NCBI GenBank assembly: GCA_036785375.1
Contig: JAWMAR010000247.1
Coordinates: 1,488,001 to 1,552,000, forward strand
DNA: 64,000 nt
From: Leucoraja ocellata
Taxonomy: Eukaryota
Direction: 5' to 3'
The position numbers were made by a program, and so were the translations under genes. The notes under the pieces are model-generated. The model worked only from the letters and a program-made list of their open reading frames with translations, had not been told where the DNA came from and did no database searches. Positions 13,856 through 26,756 of this stretch are shown piece by piece. Each line of letters starts with the position of its first letter. The stretch's first letter is position 1.

Positions 13856-15019
13856 CTGTTGAAGAACGGAGTGTTAATTCTGTCAATAAATGAGCTGCAA
13901 TGGATTTCTGACATGAAGACACTGAAATTCACTGGAGGGAGGAACTCTGCTCCAGGCCATAGAAATTCAAACAAATCCCAAATTTGCATATACCATTTTT
14001 GTGGTTAATTTAAATGGCAAATTACAAACTTCAGCCTCAGCAATTTAATATATTGCAGTGCCTCAATGCATAATTTTAATTTTATTTAAATGTTATCATG
14101 TAGGATGACTCCTGGGATGTGGACTTCATCACAAAGATTATGTATATATATTGGATTATTTTGTGCATGGAGAGGTCTTCTTTATGCCAGAGGTTAAGAG
14201 GAATGCCTGCAGTGAAAACTGATGAAGATATAAGCCACACAAACAACTGAATATGAAATCAAAATCTGGAAAGTATGAAGGTTAAAAATAAATCGGCTAC
14301 CTTAAGTTTGTTATCATATTTTTAAATACATGTTTTTTAGAGAGCACAAATTGTCTCATGTACAGTATGGAATGATAGAAACAAATGTATTTTTGATAGG
14401 CAGAGCACACCACCATATATGTTTATTGTTAAGCTGCTAACATTTCTCTATTAGGTCCATGGCTTAACTTATCTTTCTAATAAATAAAACCAGTTCAGAC
14501 ATCATTGAGATTTTTATTGGATTTATGCTCCTATATGAAAAATCTAAATAACTCAAGTAAAATAATATACAGAAAAGCAAAGTCACTACTTAGAAGACAA
14601 TGTTTCTTAAAGATTTAAATATTTCTGATGAAAAAAGTCATAATATTCAAGGATATTATTTTTGGAAGCACAATTTTACTTGGAACATAGGGCTGCCAAA
14701 AACTTTGTGCAAGTGCCACTAAATGTAAAACCTGGCAGAACTGGTATTAATTATAAACATTAAACTACAGCAAAGATGAGATTTTGGTTATTTCTCTGAG
14801 CCAGAAAGACCTTTACAAAAGCACATTGAGGTCAGTCCATGTTCTTTTGTCAGTTTTAGTTATAAATGTCACGTATCGCCCACAGTTATATATATTTTTT
14901 TTAATAAATACAGAGTCTGTAAAATGTTTCTAATATAACCCACCAACATGTATTTTATGCAGACAGCTCTCATTACCCGTGATGTATGGGGATACAGACT
15001 TCCCATAGGTAACAAATAC

Positions 15020-15342
15020 ATGAATCCAGGACAAGGGGTCACAGCTTAAGGATAAGGGGGAAATCCTTTAAAACCGAGATGAGAAGAACTTTTTTCACAC
15101 AGAGAGTGGTGAATCTCTGGAACTCTCTGCCGCAGAGGGTAGTCGAGGCCAGTTCATTGGCTATATTTAAGAGGGAGTTAGATGTGGCCCTTGTGGCTAA
15201 GGGGATCAGAGGGTATGGAGAGAAGGCAGGTACGGGATACTGAGTTGGATGATCAGCCATGATCATATTGAATGGCGGTGCAGGCTCGAAGGGCCGAATG
15301 GCTTACTCCTGCACCTAATTTCTATGTTTCTATGTTTCTATG
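15020..15342 (+). mobile_element. CR1 LINE 3' fragment
   Basis: Reverse complement of 27780-28090; ends ctatgtttctatgtttctatg. Confidence 0.93.
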
Positions 15343-16337
15343 AATACCATTATGCTCTCTCCAAGACAGAGGTTGTTGATAGTATAAAGTTCTCTACTTC
15401 CTATACTTATTCTTATCACTATGTCGTCTACTAAGGCTGTATGTATCACTGGCAAGCTTGTAAATGGAATTAGAGCAGAATTTGAGTTGTGAGTGTATAG
15501 GGAGCATAGTAAGTGGCAAAGAATGCAGCCTTGCGGGACACTATTGCTAAATATTATCATGAAAGATGTCTTGTTACATATCCTTACTGATTGCAGTCTA
15601 TTGGTTAGGAAGTTAAGGATTTAGTTGTAGAGGAGATGCTGAGTTTTAAATCCAGGAGTTTGTAGAAGAGTTCAGTTGGGATGATGTTGAAAAATGAGCT
15701 ATAGTCAATAAATGAGGCACTGAATTGTTTGATTTAATAAATAACACTCACAGGCAAAGGGATATATCTGTATGCATTCTCGCTCATTGGAGGTGTTTCA
15801 AATCCTTTTGCTGCAGCTCAAAGCCTCAGAAAAAATTTGTTGGGATCTGGGATTGACCTTGTAAATTTGCAGATCCACAGATAAGAAATCAGTGGACAAT
15901 GAGGACTGCGTGCATCAATTTCTATAGATTAGAAACTTGCAGAATTTTAAACAGAGTAACTATTCATATATAAATTATTTTGTAAGATTCATTGGAAAAT
16001 ATTTTATTCCATATATACTCTATGTAACTTCACTGCAGACATATTCTGGCAATGCTGCCACTGTTAGTACCTATACTCATAATCTGCTTTGGAATTGAGA
16101 ATGCTTCCATTGGCATAATCGTAAAGCACCTGCCACTGTGCTACATCCAAACAACAAAACTGCAGTAAACCCTTTAAATTCAATGGTTTATCAAAGCTTT
16201 ACTTCCTTTCCCGATTCCAAAACAAGGGGAGATATTATTTCTTATTGCATTTCTGTTTCCAAGCCAACAACAAAACAACTAACATTCAAATAAAGGCAAC
16301 CTGCAATAAGGGTTTGGTTTATTTTTAGAATACTTAC

Positions 16338-16445
16338 CATGGCCACAAAGTGCATCAGGTTCATGCCAGGTTTATTTGCTTTTATGTCAGCGAGTTTCAA
16401 TAATGATGCAATGCGAAATCCTGCAGCATTTCCTGAATATCCTCC
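16338..16445 (-). CDS. FHDC1: FHDC1-like coding exon 7 (108 bp)
   Basis: tttgcag|[36 protein letters not shown]|gtaagt; highly conserved FH2 segment; phase 0 to 0. Confidence 0.96.
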
Positions 16446-16809
16446 CTGCAAATGTAACAAGGAAACTACATAAACTCAAGGAACTGCAGACATTGGTTCA
16501 CAAAACTACAAAACTGTGCATGGTGATAAAAACAATGTGATTTGTTTTTGTAATTAGAATCGTTGCATTATCTTGCATAGCGTTTTCTGCCGGGTATTAA
16601 TTTATAATATCACTGTTGATCCTCAGGTCTGAACACCTACAGGTATATTCCCTCAGAATTTGAATAAAAGGAATCTGCTGTAAATCCCTTTCCAGGCACT
16701 CGCTGCAACTAGTGGAGAGGCAGAGAGCATCAGGGTGGTGTTGGGTAGGCTGAGGCAAGCAGCATGACTGCTCCATACACAGTGAGTGCAGGATATTTTG
16801 GGGTCAGGC

Positions 16810-17260
16810 ATAGGGTTGCCAACTGTCCTGTATTTGCCGGGACATCTCATATATTGAGCTAAATTGGTTTGTCCCCAATGGGACCCCCCTTGTCCCGTAT
16901 TTGACTCTATTACTCGGGTCGAGGGGACTGTCGGGTCGGAGCGCCACGTCCGGCCCCGCCTCACCCGCCCCGACGTAGTGCAGCCCATGGAGTGCAGTAG
17001 CAGCGCCTCGCCCGTGGCCCCTTCTGTTGGCAGCCCGGCCAGATGTCCATCCTTCGGACCTTCGCTTACCGCCAACACCACCACCCCTCCTTCTCATGGC
17101 CGATCATCGGTTCATGAGGTGGATGGGGTGCCGGACTTTGTGTGCAGTCCAGCACCCGGGCCAACTCATCACTTTACCCAGCCGTGGCCGAGTTGGTCAA
17201 CACATTGTCATCGGGAATTTTGTCCCTTATTTTGACTGTTTGTCCCTTATTTGGGAGTGA
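16810..17260. mobile_element. hAT-like MITE, right end truncated
   Basis: Starts TAGGGTTGCCAACTGTCC; GC-rich core with repeated GTCCC/GGGAC subterminal motifs; matching right TIR not found. Confidence 0.55.
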
Positions 17261-18481
17261 GTACGTTGCATCATCAGGCAGCACCTGCTCCATGTGTTAA
17301 TACAGTGCCTGGATTCCACAAAACCTTTCATCTCAGCTCCCCAGCTATTACCATTGACTTTGTTATCATACCCATCAGGAGGTGATGAGAGAGACTGCAG
17401 GATCTGGGCGGACTGTCAACACATGGCACATTCACTGCTAGATCCCAGTAATGACCACACTCACTGTGCTGGCCGGGATGCAACCTCGAGCTCATGGCAG
17501 TGCTGAGAAGTCATTTGGCTCTGCCTGCCCACCCTAGACCAAACAGCTTCTCCACACTGAGTCATGACTGATTCATCGTGGGAATCATACCAGGTTCCAG
17601 TTCTACAGCACTGACAGCAAAACGTCTCTATATATATATAATGCCATAATGCTGATTCCATTAGTGCTCAGTGGAGGTCCACTGTAATTGTTTAGCACGT
17701 TGCTATCTTAAATGGAAATACTATTAGGGTAACAAACTGGAAGGCTGTGCATGATTATAAGCAAAACCTCAGTGCATTAGACGGTAAGTGCAATTTTTAT
17801 TTTCCACAGATCAATGCACAATATTCCTGAACTGAAATGGAACTAAAAATAGGTAGGGATGATGGAATCACAACCCTTAGAGAATCATAGGGACATACAG
17901 CACAGAAGCAGGCCCATGGCCCAGCTCACACATGCCGACCAGGTGTAATTCCTGAGTAAGCCTCATCTGCTTGTGTTTGGCCCATATCCCTCCAAATATT
18001 TCCAATCCATGTACCTGTCTAATTGTCCTTTAAATGTGCCTGCCTCCACAGCTTTCTCTGACAGCTGGTTCCATACATCCTCACCAGCCTCTGCGTGACA
18101 TAAATGCCCCCCAGGTCTCTTTTAAATCTTTTCCCCCATACCTTAAACCATGTTCTCTAGTTCTGGACTTCTTTAACCTGGAAAACGATTGACCTTAACT
18201 ATGCCTCCCATGATTTCCATCCCTTTATAAGGTCACCACTCATCCTTCTACGCCCCAAAGAAAAAATCCTAGCTTTCCAGCCTCTCCTTGTGACTCAAGC
18301 CATTGAGCCCTGCAAGCATCCTGGTGCATCTCTTCTGCACCCTTTCCAGCTTAACACCATCCTTCCCACAGCAAGGCAACCAAAACTGCACACAATGCTC
18401 CAAATGTGGCCTCACCTACATCGTGTACAGCTAAAGCATGAAGCCCCAACTCGCATAATATCCTTATCTATAAAGGCATGC

Positions 18482-18534
18482 GGGGTGGGAGATTGCAACC
18501 TTCACGTGGTGCGCCCTGTTTTGACAAATGCAAT
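18482..18534 (+). ncRNA. Minimal HDV-like ribozyme motif at the 5' end of a short retro-insert
   Basis: P1 GGGGTGG/GCGCCCT (G1.U wobble, one mismatch), P2 ATTGCA/TGCAAT, P3 ACC/GGT, L3 TTCACGT, vestigial P4, J4/2 CAAA. Confidence 0.75.
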
Positions 18535-18663
18535 GAACCCGGTGTGCACAATAATAATAATAATATCTTTTATTCAATCAAATAAGATCAAATAGAACAA
18601 GTTGTTCTACAACTTTAGGCTGTGCACGCCATACGCAAGAAGAAGAAGAAGAAGAAGAAGAAG
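18482..18663 (+). mobile_element. Non-autonomous ~180 bp retroelement with (GAA)n tail, inserted in a CR1 relic
   Basis: 9-bp TSD AAGGCATGC at 18473-18481 and 18664-18672; GAA-repeat tail; related copy at 37408-37497. Confidence 0.85.
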
Positions 18664-20477
18664 AAGGCATGCCAAATGCCTTCTTCCTCACGCTGTCCAC
18701 CTGTGTTGCCACATTCAGAAAACTATGTAACTGTACACCATTAACTTACTTTGTTCATTAAAAATGAAGATCCTGAGCTTCCAGTCACCAATGATTTCAA
18801 TTCTCCATCCCACTCCTACTTTGAGCTCTGTCTTCTATCTTCTACTTTGCTCCAATATGTCTAAGGCACACTTGAGGAATGGCACCTGTCTTGTGTGTCG
18901 GAACTTTGCAGCCCTCAGGCATTAAAATGGAATTTATCAAATTGAGGTAACCATGCCCTTTCACACATGTCTGTACCTTTTTCCTCTTACAACTGCCAAG
19001 TTATTATAGCGAGACAACTTTGGTCTCCATTCCCTCTGTGCTCCTCATCATCCCTTTCTCAGTATATTAAAATACCCTTTTCTCATTGTGCCTGAAATGT
19101 CAACTCTGTTTCTCTCTACAATGATCCTGCTCTACCTCTGTGAGTACTTCCAGAATGTTCTGTTTATGTTAGATGTTGTGTAATTGGATATCACGAACAC
19201 TTGGCCAACGATACATCGAAGAGTGTTGAAACACCCCACCACCCCCATCATCTCATAATCTCGATCTCTGTTCGGGCTGTGGGTAGTTTAAACACTTCTC
19301 TTCTTCATAGCATCCTCTCTTATCACTTATGTAATGCCGTACCTTTCCCTTCTGAATTATTTCACTTACACAGTATCAGGCTGTTGAGCAGGAAGAAAGT
19401 GAAAGCACTCAATCACTCTCAACCACTAACTCAAATATTAGCACTGTATATAATAAGAGATACTTTAAGGGTAGAATCCCAAGTAAATCACCAAGCAGTT
19501 GGAAGTCAAATGCCAGCTCTCCAGAGAGGAAAGTCATGCACCAGTTCTGCACCAGCAACTCAACTGATAACAAAAACTCATCACCTTGTAATTATAGGCT
19601 GAAGGGTTGCACATACAGAGAACTGTGATATTTGCAGGCCTGTCCCAAAATCTCACCTCAACTGCAGCAGAAGCCACCCAACATTTGAATGCAGAAAGAA
19701 AGCTCACACTTATGGAATGATGACTCGGGAATCCTGTATTTAAAGGAGCCTCACAGCACTCCAACAATCTCTTCTCCCACTGATTACCAAATTATTATAG
19801 CCTGGTTCCAGGTAAGTGGCAGTGCTTCTCAGTCTCAGGACAGAAACTTGTAGCTGCTACTATTACCATTCCCCCAGCCATCTCACAATTGCCCCTCAAC
19901 CAATTATTCCACACCACAAGGCTGCAATCATCCACAACCTGTCTACAGACACCAAGGGAGTGTTGTAAGTAAGTAATATGACAGGGTACAGCACTGAAGA
20001 TGGGTATTAGTGATTTGCACATGAGTAATTAGTCAGTTTGTATAATTTGGGGGGTTAGCATTAATTCCATTTATAAAACTCAGCCTTTAACAATGGACAA
20101 TGACGCAGATGCAGAGATGAGCTTATTCCTGATCTAGTGATGTACTTGTAGCAAAAAATCTCCCACAGAGCTGTTGAAGAGGCAAGTTCGAAATTGTGCC
20201 TCATTTAGCAATGAGGATAAATCATTCCAAGTCAATGTTATTACCCCCCCCCCACCCTCCCCCCCCCCCCACCCCTCCCCCCCCTCCCACCACCACCCCC
20301 CACCCCCACCCCCACTGCTGTAACCATCCCACACACACTTTCAAATGACCTAGAATTTCCAGGCCATCACCCTGAGACTGATGCAGGGATGACAAAATAT
20401 TTTGGCAATGAGCAAATTAATTCAAAACATAATCATGAATTCCACAATATCCGTTTTACTCAGATCTAAAAACTTAC

Positions 20478-20548
20478 TGCATTCATCAAGTTTCCAGCCT
20501 TCAACACCAACCTCAATATAGTATGCAATTCATGACAGTTCTGCAGTT
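20478..20548 (-). CDS. FHDC1: FHDC1-like coding exon 6 (71 bp)
   Basis: tcttgcag|(E)LQNCHELHTILRLVLKAGNLMNA|gtaagt; FH2 post motif GNxMN; phase 1 to 0. Confidence 0.94.
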
Positions 20549-21244
20549 CTGCAAGACAACAAAAGCATTGTGCACATTCAGAAATGTCTCACTTGTGCAA
20601 ACATCAATACACCAACTGTTGTATGCACAGCCAGCACGTCAAGACTTCTGCAAGCACGATTTTGCTGTTTCAGTTTCAGAATATTAGGGTAAGCCGTTTC
20701 TCTGTAGGATAGGATGAGCAGAGCAAGATTTCTGACTGGGATCATTGAAATTGCATGTCAAGAAAATATTGATTTTGAAAGTTCTGAGATTCAAAATTGA
20801 AAGATATGGGTTGTGTTTATTCCTGCTCTGAATGCACGGGTTTTCTCCCACAATTGTCCATCTATAGGTGTTTTGGTTCAATGCTTGACTTCAGTTCTAT
20901 GCTTGCAAAACAGTGCTATTCATAAAGAGTTGAAGTGTGGTAAACTATAGAATCATGGGACACTGAAATGGGGCATTACAGCCCACCTTGTCCATGCTAA
21001 CCATGATACCTATCTGCCTAATCCAATTTACCACTCATTTCCCTCTGCCCTTTCTTATCCCAGAAAGTGTTTTAATGCATTTTAAACGCCTGCACTGGCA
21101 TCTCATTCAAAATATTCTATCCATCCTAACCATGCCATCAATTTATTTAACCTCTATGTTTGTAATAAAGTGTGAGGATATGAGTTAGCTGTTTGTGTTT
21201 CCAGGCACAGAATTGTATGGCCAAACTTTGTTTCAGGATCTTAC

Positions 21245-21345
21245 CATGAGCAGCCTCCATCAATACGGAAACAGATGCCAGAAGTGATTGTACTTGTGGC
21301 TCAAATTCTTCCTTCAGGATCATAGCTTCCAAATGTAGGCAGTAG
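21245..21345 (-). CDS. FHDC1: FHDC1-like coding exon 5 (101 bp)
   Basis: ttttgcag|YCLHLEAMILKEEFEPQVQSLLASVSVLMEAAH|gtaaga; phase 2 to 1; lies in ORF 21147..21410. Confidence 0.92.
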
Positions 21346-21400
21346 CTGCAAAATAAACAACATTCATTTCCAAAGAACAGAATAAGCAAAAAACGGATTA

Positions 21401-21752
21401 TGAGGAGCAAGGCCGGTACGAGGGGCCTGACCTCAAGGTCGGCTGCGGGAGGTGCTCATGGGGCACAAAGGTGCATGGGCGAGGTGGGGGCTCGCTGGTC
21501 GATCCATACGTCCAAGGAAGGCGATGGCTGGAGGCCCGCTGCAGCTTGGAGTTTGCCTGGGTTGGGCACCGCTTATAAGAACTCGAGCGCGGCATGGACT
21601 TCAAAAATGGCACCAAAACCTGGGCTCAGCAGACTATTTCTGTACACGTTGCTAATTGGGAATGTGTCGAGGTACGGCAATAATTTATTGGACTGTATAT
21701 GAGAAAATAATTTCACCGTGCATTTGCACATGTGACAATAAAAGTACCATTG
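21401..21752 (+). mobile_element. SINE-like element with LINE-type 3' tail
   Basis: GC-rich 5' half; ends cacatgtgacaataaaagtaccattga. Confidence 0.5.
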
Positions 21753-22409
21753 ATCCACTGAACCATGAAAGATTTCCTGGAACACCAGGGGTTGCAACAA
21801 GTACAAAGACAGAAAAATAATAGTCCGTTTGCCATTATAAATATCTGATTTCATATATGGCTTTATTTCACAGTTATTATTGAGTCAGTTCAAGTGGAGG
21901 TAAACTTGATCCATCAATCCTCTCAGTGTTGAGGTTAAATCAAGAAGATGGGTGTGACACAATTGTGAACTGCCATATTACATTGATAATCTAGTAAAAT
22001 TCAATGCTTTACATCATCATCATCTGTTACATCATCTGAGTTCTTGGGGGCCAACTAAATACAATTAAACACAATACTTCACAGAGCTTCTCTAGTGCCA
22101 TGCATTAACATCATTTGAGTGGTAGGATCATAAGACTGGCAAAATCTTGATTTACTGTATGTTGGAGCAAAAACCACATCCTGCTGCAATTCAATGTTGG
22201 TTTATTTTTATCGTGATAATATGATGCTCACCATCTTGCAAATCTTTTTTTATTGCAAAACCTTAGTACTGCAGTATCAAATCTCCCCCAATTAACCTAA
22301 TAAACCTAAGAGAGCAGCAAATGTTTGAACAGCAGGAAAATGTTGTTCGGGTATATAAACCAAGGCTGATGCATGGCAGTTGAATTAAACACGTTACACT
22401 ATTTTCAAG

Positions 22410-22775
22410 GTAAACACAAAATGCTGGAGCGGGTGAGGCAGCATTTCTGGAGATAAGGAATGGGCGATGTTTCGGTCGACTCGAGACCCTTCTTCAAACT
22501 AATGTCAGGGGAGGGGGTGGGACAAAGATAGAATATAGGCGGAGACAGTAAGACTCGTGGGAGGACAGGGAAGGGGAAGGGGATGGAGAGAGAAAGCAAG
22601 GACTATCTGAAGTTAGAGGTCAATGTTAATACTGCTGAGGTGTAAACTACCCAAGGAAAATATGAGGTGCTGTTCCTCTAATTTGTGCTGGGCCTCACTG
22701 ACAATGGAGGGGGCCAGGACAGAAAGGGCAGATTGGGAATGGGAGGGGGAGTTGAAGTACTGAGCCACCGAGAGA
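22410..22775 (-). mobile_element. Penelope 3' end + pLTR fragment
   Basis: Reverse match to 60150-60550 (aatatgaggtgctgttcctc, gagacccttcttca). Confidence 0.8.
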
Positions 22776-23562
22776 TAATTATACTATTTCCAGATGTGTA
22801 TTTACATATTTATATGAACATATAGATTTGTATTTATATTTGTATCTTAAATATTAATAATGTAGCCCATTAGTGCACATTTCTGAGTGCTAACATTTTT
22901 CCGATCCCTTTCTATTATTTTGTACTGCTCAAACTAAATAAATCTGGAAGGAACTTCAGATTATGTATTGAGGCACAGCAAAATAATTTTGTCTACCTTT
23001 TGAAATGACAGGAGAACTTGGAGAACTCACGATAAAGTGATGTATTACAGTCCAGGTTAGCCACTACACATAGGATATCATAAACTAAATACAACTGTAC
23101 TTAAAAATGAATTTTAACTGGTATTGGAAAATATGGTTAAACTATAAGCTGGAGAAGTGTCATTGTGAACATGTGGCAAGGGAGTAATGTAGTTAAACTA
23201 AGTGTTGGAAAAAGGTGGACTGTGAGGGAGGAATTACAAAGGAGGCAAAGGCTTCTGCAGAGCTGGTCTTTTCTGCAAAAGGGTTCAGAATTGTCATTGC
23301 TCCTTCGTATTGCCCTCTAGCTGCTGTTTATTGCCAGAAGAAGGTGACACCACATGTAATCCAGCCACATGGGACTAACAGTGGATCATCAGCCGTGTGC
23401 TTAGGCTTAAATTCATCAGATCAGAGTCATGTGAAGACATGTGAGCATGATTAACCATCTTGGACCAGGTAAATAAGCAGTTGTGTAAATATAATACATC
23501 TTTCAAGTGTAAAGCAACATTGTGTGTTGCTACTCAGTGTAATATGTTCAAAGGCCTCAATA

Positions 23563-23887
23563 AAGTGCATTCAGAAAGTATTCAGACCCCTTCACCTTTT
23601 CCACATTTTGTTACGTTACAGCCATATTTTAAAATTGATTACATTCTTTTTTTTAATCATCATTCTACACACAATACCCCAAAATGAAGAAGCGAAAACA
23701 GGCGTTTAGAATTTTTTACAACGTAATTAAAAATAAATAACTGAAATATCACATTTACATAGGTATTCAGACACTTTGCTATGACACTCAAAATTGAGCT
23801 TCGGTTCATCCTGTTCATCAGAATAAGGCTGTAACGTAACTAATTGTGTAACATGTGAAGGGGTCTGAATACTTTTTGAATGCACTG
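23563..23887. mobile_element. Internally deleted Tc1 of a second family
   Basis: TA|AAGTGCATTCAGAAAGTATTCAGACCCCTTCAC...GTGAAGGGGTCTGAATACTTTTTGAATGCACTG|TA. Confidence 0.88.
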
Positions 23888-24252
23888 TACATTCCACTGG
23901 TGTCATTTAAATTGATATTCCTTTTAGTTTCTTTCCAGGAATATTAACAAAGTGCTTTATTTCTCCATGTGTTATTGCCCTGAGCAAAAGAACAAACTGC
24001 TGGAGGAATTAGGCAGGTTGAGCAGCATTTGCAGTGGGAAAGGAATTGATGATTTTTCGTGTCGAGATCCTGTATAGATAGGATCTGATGTAGAGACTGG
24101 ACCCAAAACAACGACAATTCCTTCCCCACCCCTGCACCTCATCCCTACCCCCACATAGACACTACTCAACCCACTGGGTTCCTCTAACAGTTTGTTTTCC
24201 ATTCCAAGTTCCAGCATCTGTAGTCTCTTGTTTCTCCATGTTAATGTCCTAC

Positions 24253-24338
24253 CTTGGCACTCTCACCAGCAGCAGCATGAAGAGATCTGCCTCAGGCAGT
24301 TTATTCTCGTCTCCTTGAAACATTTTTAGATGTTTCAC
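24253..24338 (-). CDS. FHDC1: FHDC1-like coding exon 4 (86 bp)
   Basis: tttcag|VKHLKMFQGDENKLPEADLFMLLLVRVP(S)|gtagga; phase 0 to 2. Confidence 0.92.
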
Positions 24339-24539
24339 CTGAAACAGTACAAATTCAAATAAAATATCCAGTGACATTGTTTGCATATATAGTCTTGCAC
24401 CTTGAGGCTCACGCAACAGGAACTATATGTTTATTATATTCCAGTTGTACCTCACCTACCATTGTATGGAAAAAATAAAGATGTAATATATTGCTAAACA
24501 ATCTTGACAAAATAATTCGAAATATTTGGTCAAACTACC

Positions 24540-25270
24540 AAGTCAACATGTGGGACTTTATCAAATGCCTTGCTAAAGTCCATGTAGATTACATCCACTG
24601 CCCTATTCTCATCTATCACCTTTGTCAACTCAAAACACTCGATCAAGTTTAGAAGACATGACCTGCTGTGGACAAAGTCATGCTCTCTGTCCCTAATTAG
24701 CCCATTCTCTGCCATTTACAGTGCCCTCCGTAATGTTTAGGACAAAGAGCCATCATTTATTTATTTGCTGCTCTTTGAGATTTATAATAGAAAAAATCGC
24801 AATGACAAATAGCACTTTAACAACATGTGATTTTTTTAAATTACAAATCTCAAAATGTGGAGTACAGAGGCAAATAAATAAATGATGGGTCTTTGTCTCC
24901 AAACATAATGAAGGGCATTGTATAAGTACTTTCTATCCTGAAGAATCTATCCTCTCCTTAGTTACTCTTTTGTTGTTTGTGTATGTATAAAAAGCTTTGG
25001 GATTCTCTCTAATCCATCTCGCCATTGACATTTTGTTGCCGGTCTGCCTCTCCTGACTGAATCTTTGGCATGGTTACCTCCCTGAAACTACTGTTTATAA
25101 CCCTAGCTGCCTCCTGTATGTTCCTCAGCCGATCCAGCTGTGGCTCCAATTCAGTCTGAGAAAAGCTGCAGCTGGATGCACCTCCCATAGACATAAATCT
25201 CAGGGACACATGATTGCTCCATGAATTCCGACAGGAAGTGCACACCACTCCATTGACTGTCATAATTTGA
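24540..25270 (-). mobile_element. Degenerate CR1 fragments
   Basis: ORF 24530..24715 AVDVIYMDFSKAFDKVPH; ORF1-like remnant at ~25050-25260. Confidence 0.75.
24719..24920. mobile_element. 202-bp foldback MITE derived from the 7.6 kb Tc1 family
   Basis: TA|CAGTGCCCTCCGTAATGTTT...AAACATAATGAAGGGCATTG|TA; two ~100 bp TIR ends joined directly. Confidence 0.9.
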
Positions 25271-26350
25271 GGGTATGTAGGGAAGAAGAAAATGGAGAAA
25301 ACACACAATGTATGAAACAGAAATTTGAAGAATAGCAGGCAATGACCACAATAGGTTAATAAAAAGGGCAAACGATAAACCCTGAGAAAACTGTGCAGAG
25401 AAAGGAAGAAAAGTAAAGTTTGAAATGAGAGAGGCATCATCTATCAAGACAGAAGTTTTTGTTTTATATTCTGTTAACGATTGAAGAGGAAGATGTTAAC
25501 CAGAAAGGAGAGCAGCGTTGAAGTCTCATTAACATGCACATTTTATGGATTAGATCAGTGAAAAAAAAGTTTGGCAAGAACTGTAAAACCAAGCTGTTTG
25601 AAGTAACTTAAACAATAGAGTAAGTATGGGAGTGCCATTTCAGATCCTGAGTGAAATTACATTAGGGAATGTCAGGAAATTAAGAAGTATGCGGGTGGAC
25701 ACAGTAGGAATGAGAGGTGTGGGTTATGCGTGTGAAAGACATAAAAGAGGTACTCTTGGAGAATTGAAATACATCTTCATTACCTCCTTGGACACCTTGG
25801 AATACATGAAATGCCAAGAAGTTATTATTAGCATTATAATATTTATTCTCATTGCAATGTCAGCTCTGATATAATATTTGGGAGATACAAATAAAGATTC
25901 ATTTGTATGCTATTGTAAAGAAGAATACATTTTAATCTTTAGATTTGTAACAGTTGCATTGATGAAATAAATGAAGGGCAGTTGCACTGAAGGTGTTTGA
26001 TTTGCTTTTGGATTCAGTCAAAAACGTCAATATTTTGGCTAATTTTAATTATGACGAAGAAGGATTTTTACAAATGAAATTAAAATCATATAAATGAAGT
26101 CACTATTATATAAAACATCATATACAGGTATTGGAGCTAAAAGTTTTCAGCTCGTTAACTTGGCAGTAAAGGTCAAGTTGCTGTGCCTAGATTTTCTTGG
26201 CCTAAAGTTCATGGGTAAGATTTAAGTGTTGAAGGGTTCTCTGAGAAATCACTGCAGTGAAAGCAATCTGTAGACCAGGTTAAATAGACTTTAATTTCGT
26301 TTTCCGAAGCTCTGTGCCAAATACATAGTCCTTATAACCAAATAATTTAC

Positions 26351-26453
26351 CTCTTCAGCTTCTGGCAATAGTTTCAACAGCTTAGTCAATTCTTCAGATC
26401 CATATCCTTTTGTAGTTCCATGTCTAATGTCTTCCACAATCTCTTTCACAGAT
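26351..26453 (-). CDS. FHDC1: FHDC1-like coding exon 3 (103 bp)
   Basis: aag|SVKEIVEDIRHGTTKGYGSEELTKLLKLLPEAEE|gtaaat; phase 2 to 0. Confidence 0.92.
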
Positions 26454-26756
26454 CTTTAGTGTTTAAAAAAATGATCTACTCAGTACTATATTATTTATAC
26501 AGAAAAGGTTACAGTAAAATCACATGATTGTTTCAGTAGCTCAAGTGACATTGAACATCTCTTCAAATGGAAGGAAATTTAGTCTAAATACTACTTATTT
26601 CCACCTCTGTTTTTGAAACATCAAGTAAATAATGCTCTTTCCAATGAAATGAATTTGTGTTTGCTTTCAGTGCTAAGTAAATGTAATTTCTGCTTACCAA
26701 TAGCCAGTTGGCTCAGTAAATCAAACGTAGTCTCCAAAGTCACTTTGTTAGTCTGG

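Larger units (their letters stand above)
17880..18740 (-). mobile_element. Old CR1 3' relic split by the 18482-18663 insert
   Basis: aaactgcacacaatgctccaaatgtggcctcacc and other CR1 ORF2 C-terminal motifs; sequence resumes after the TSD. Confidence 0.75.
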
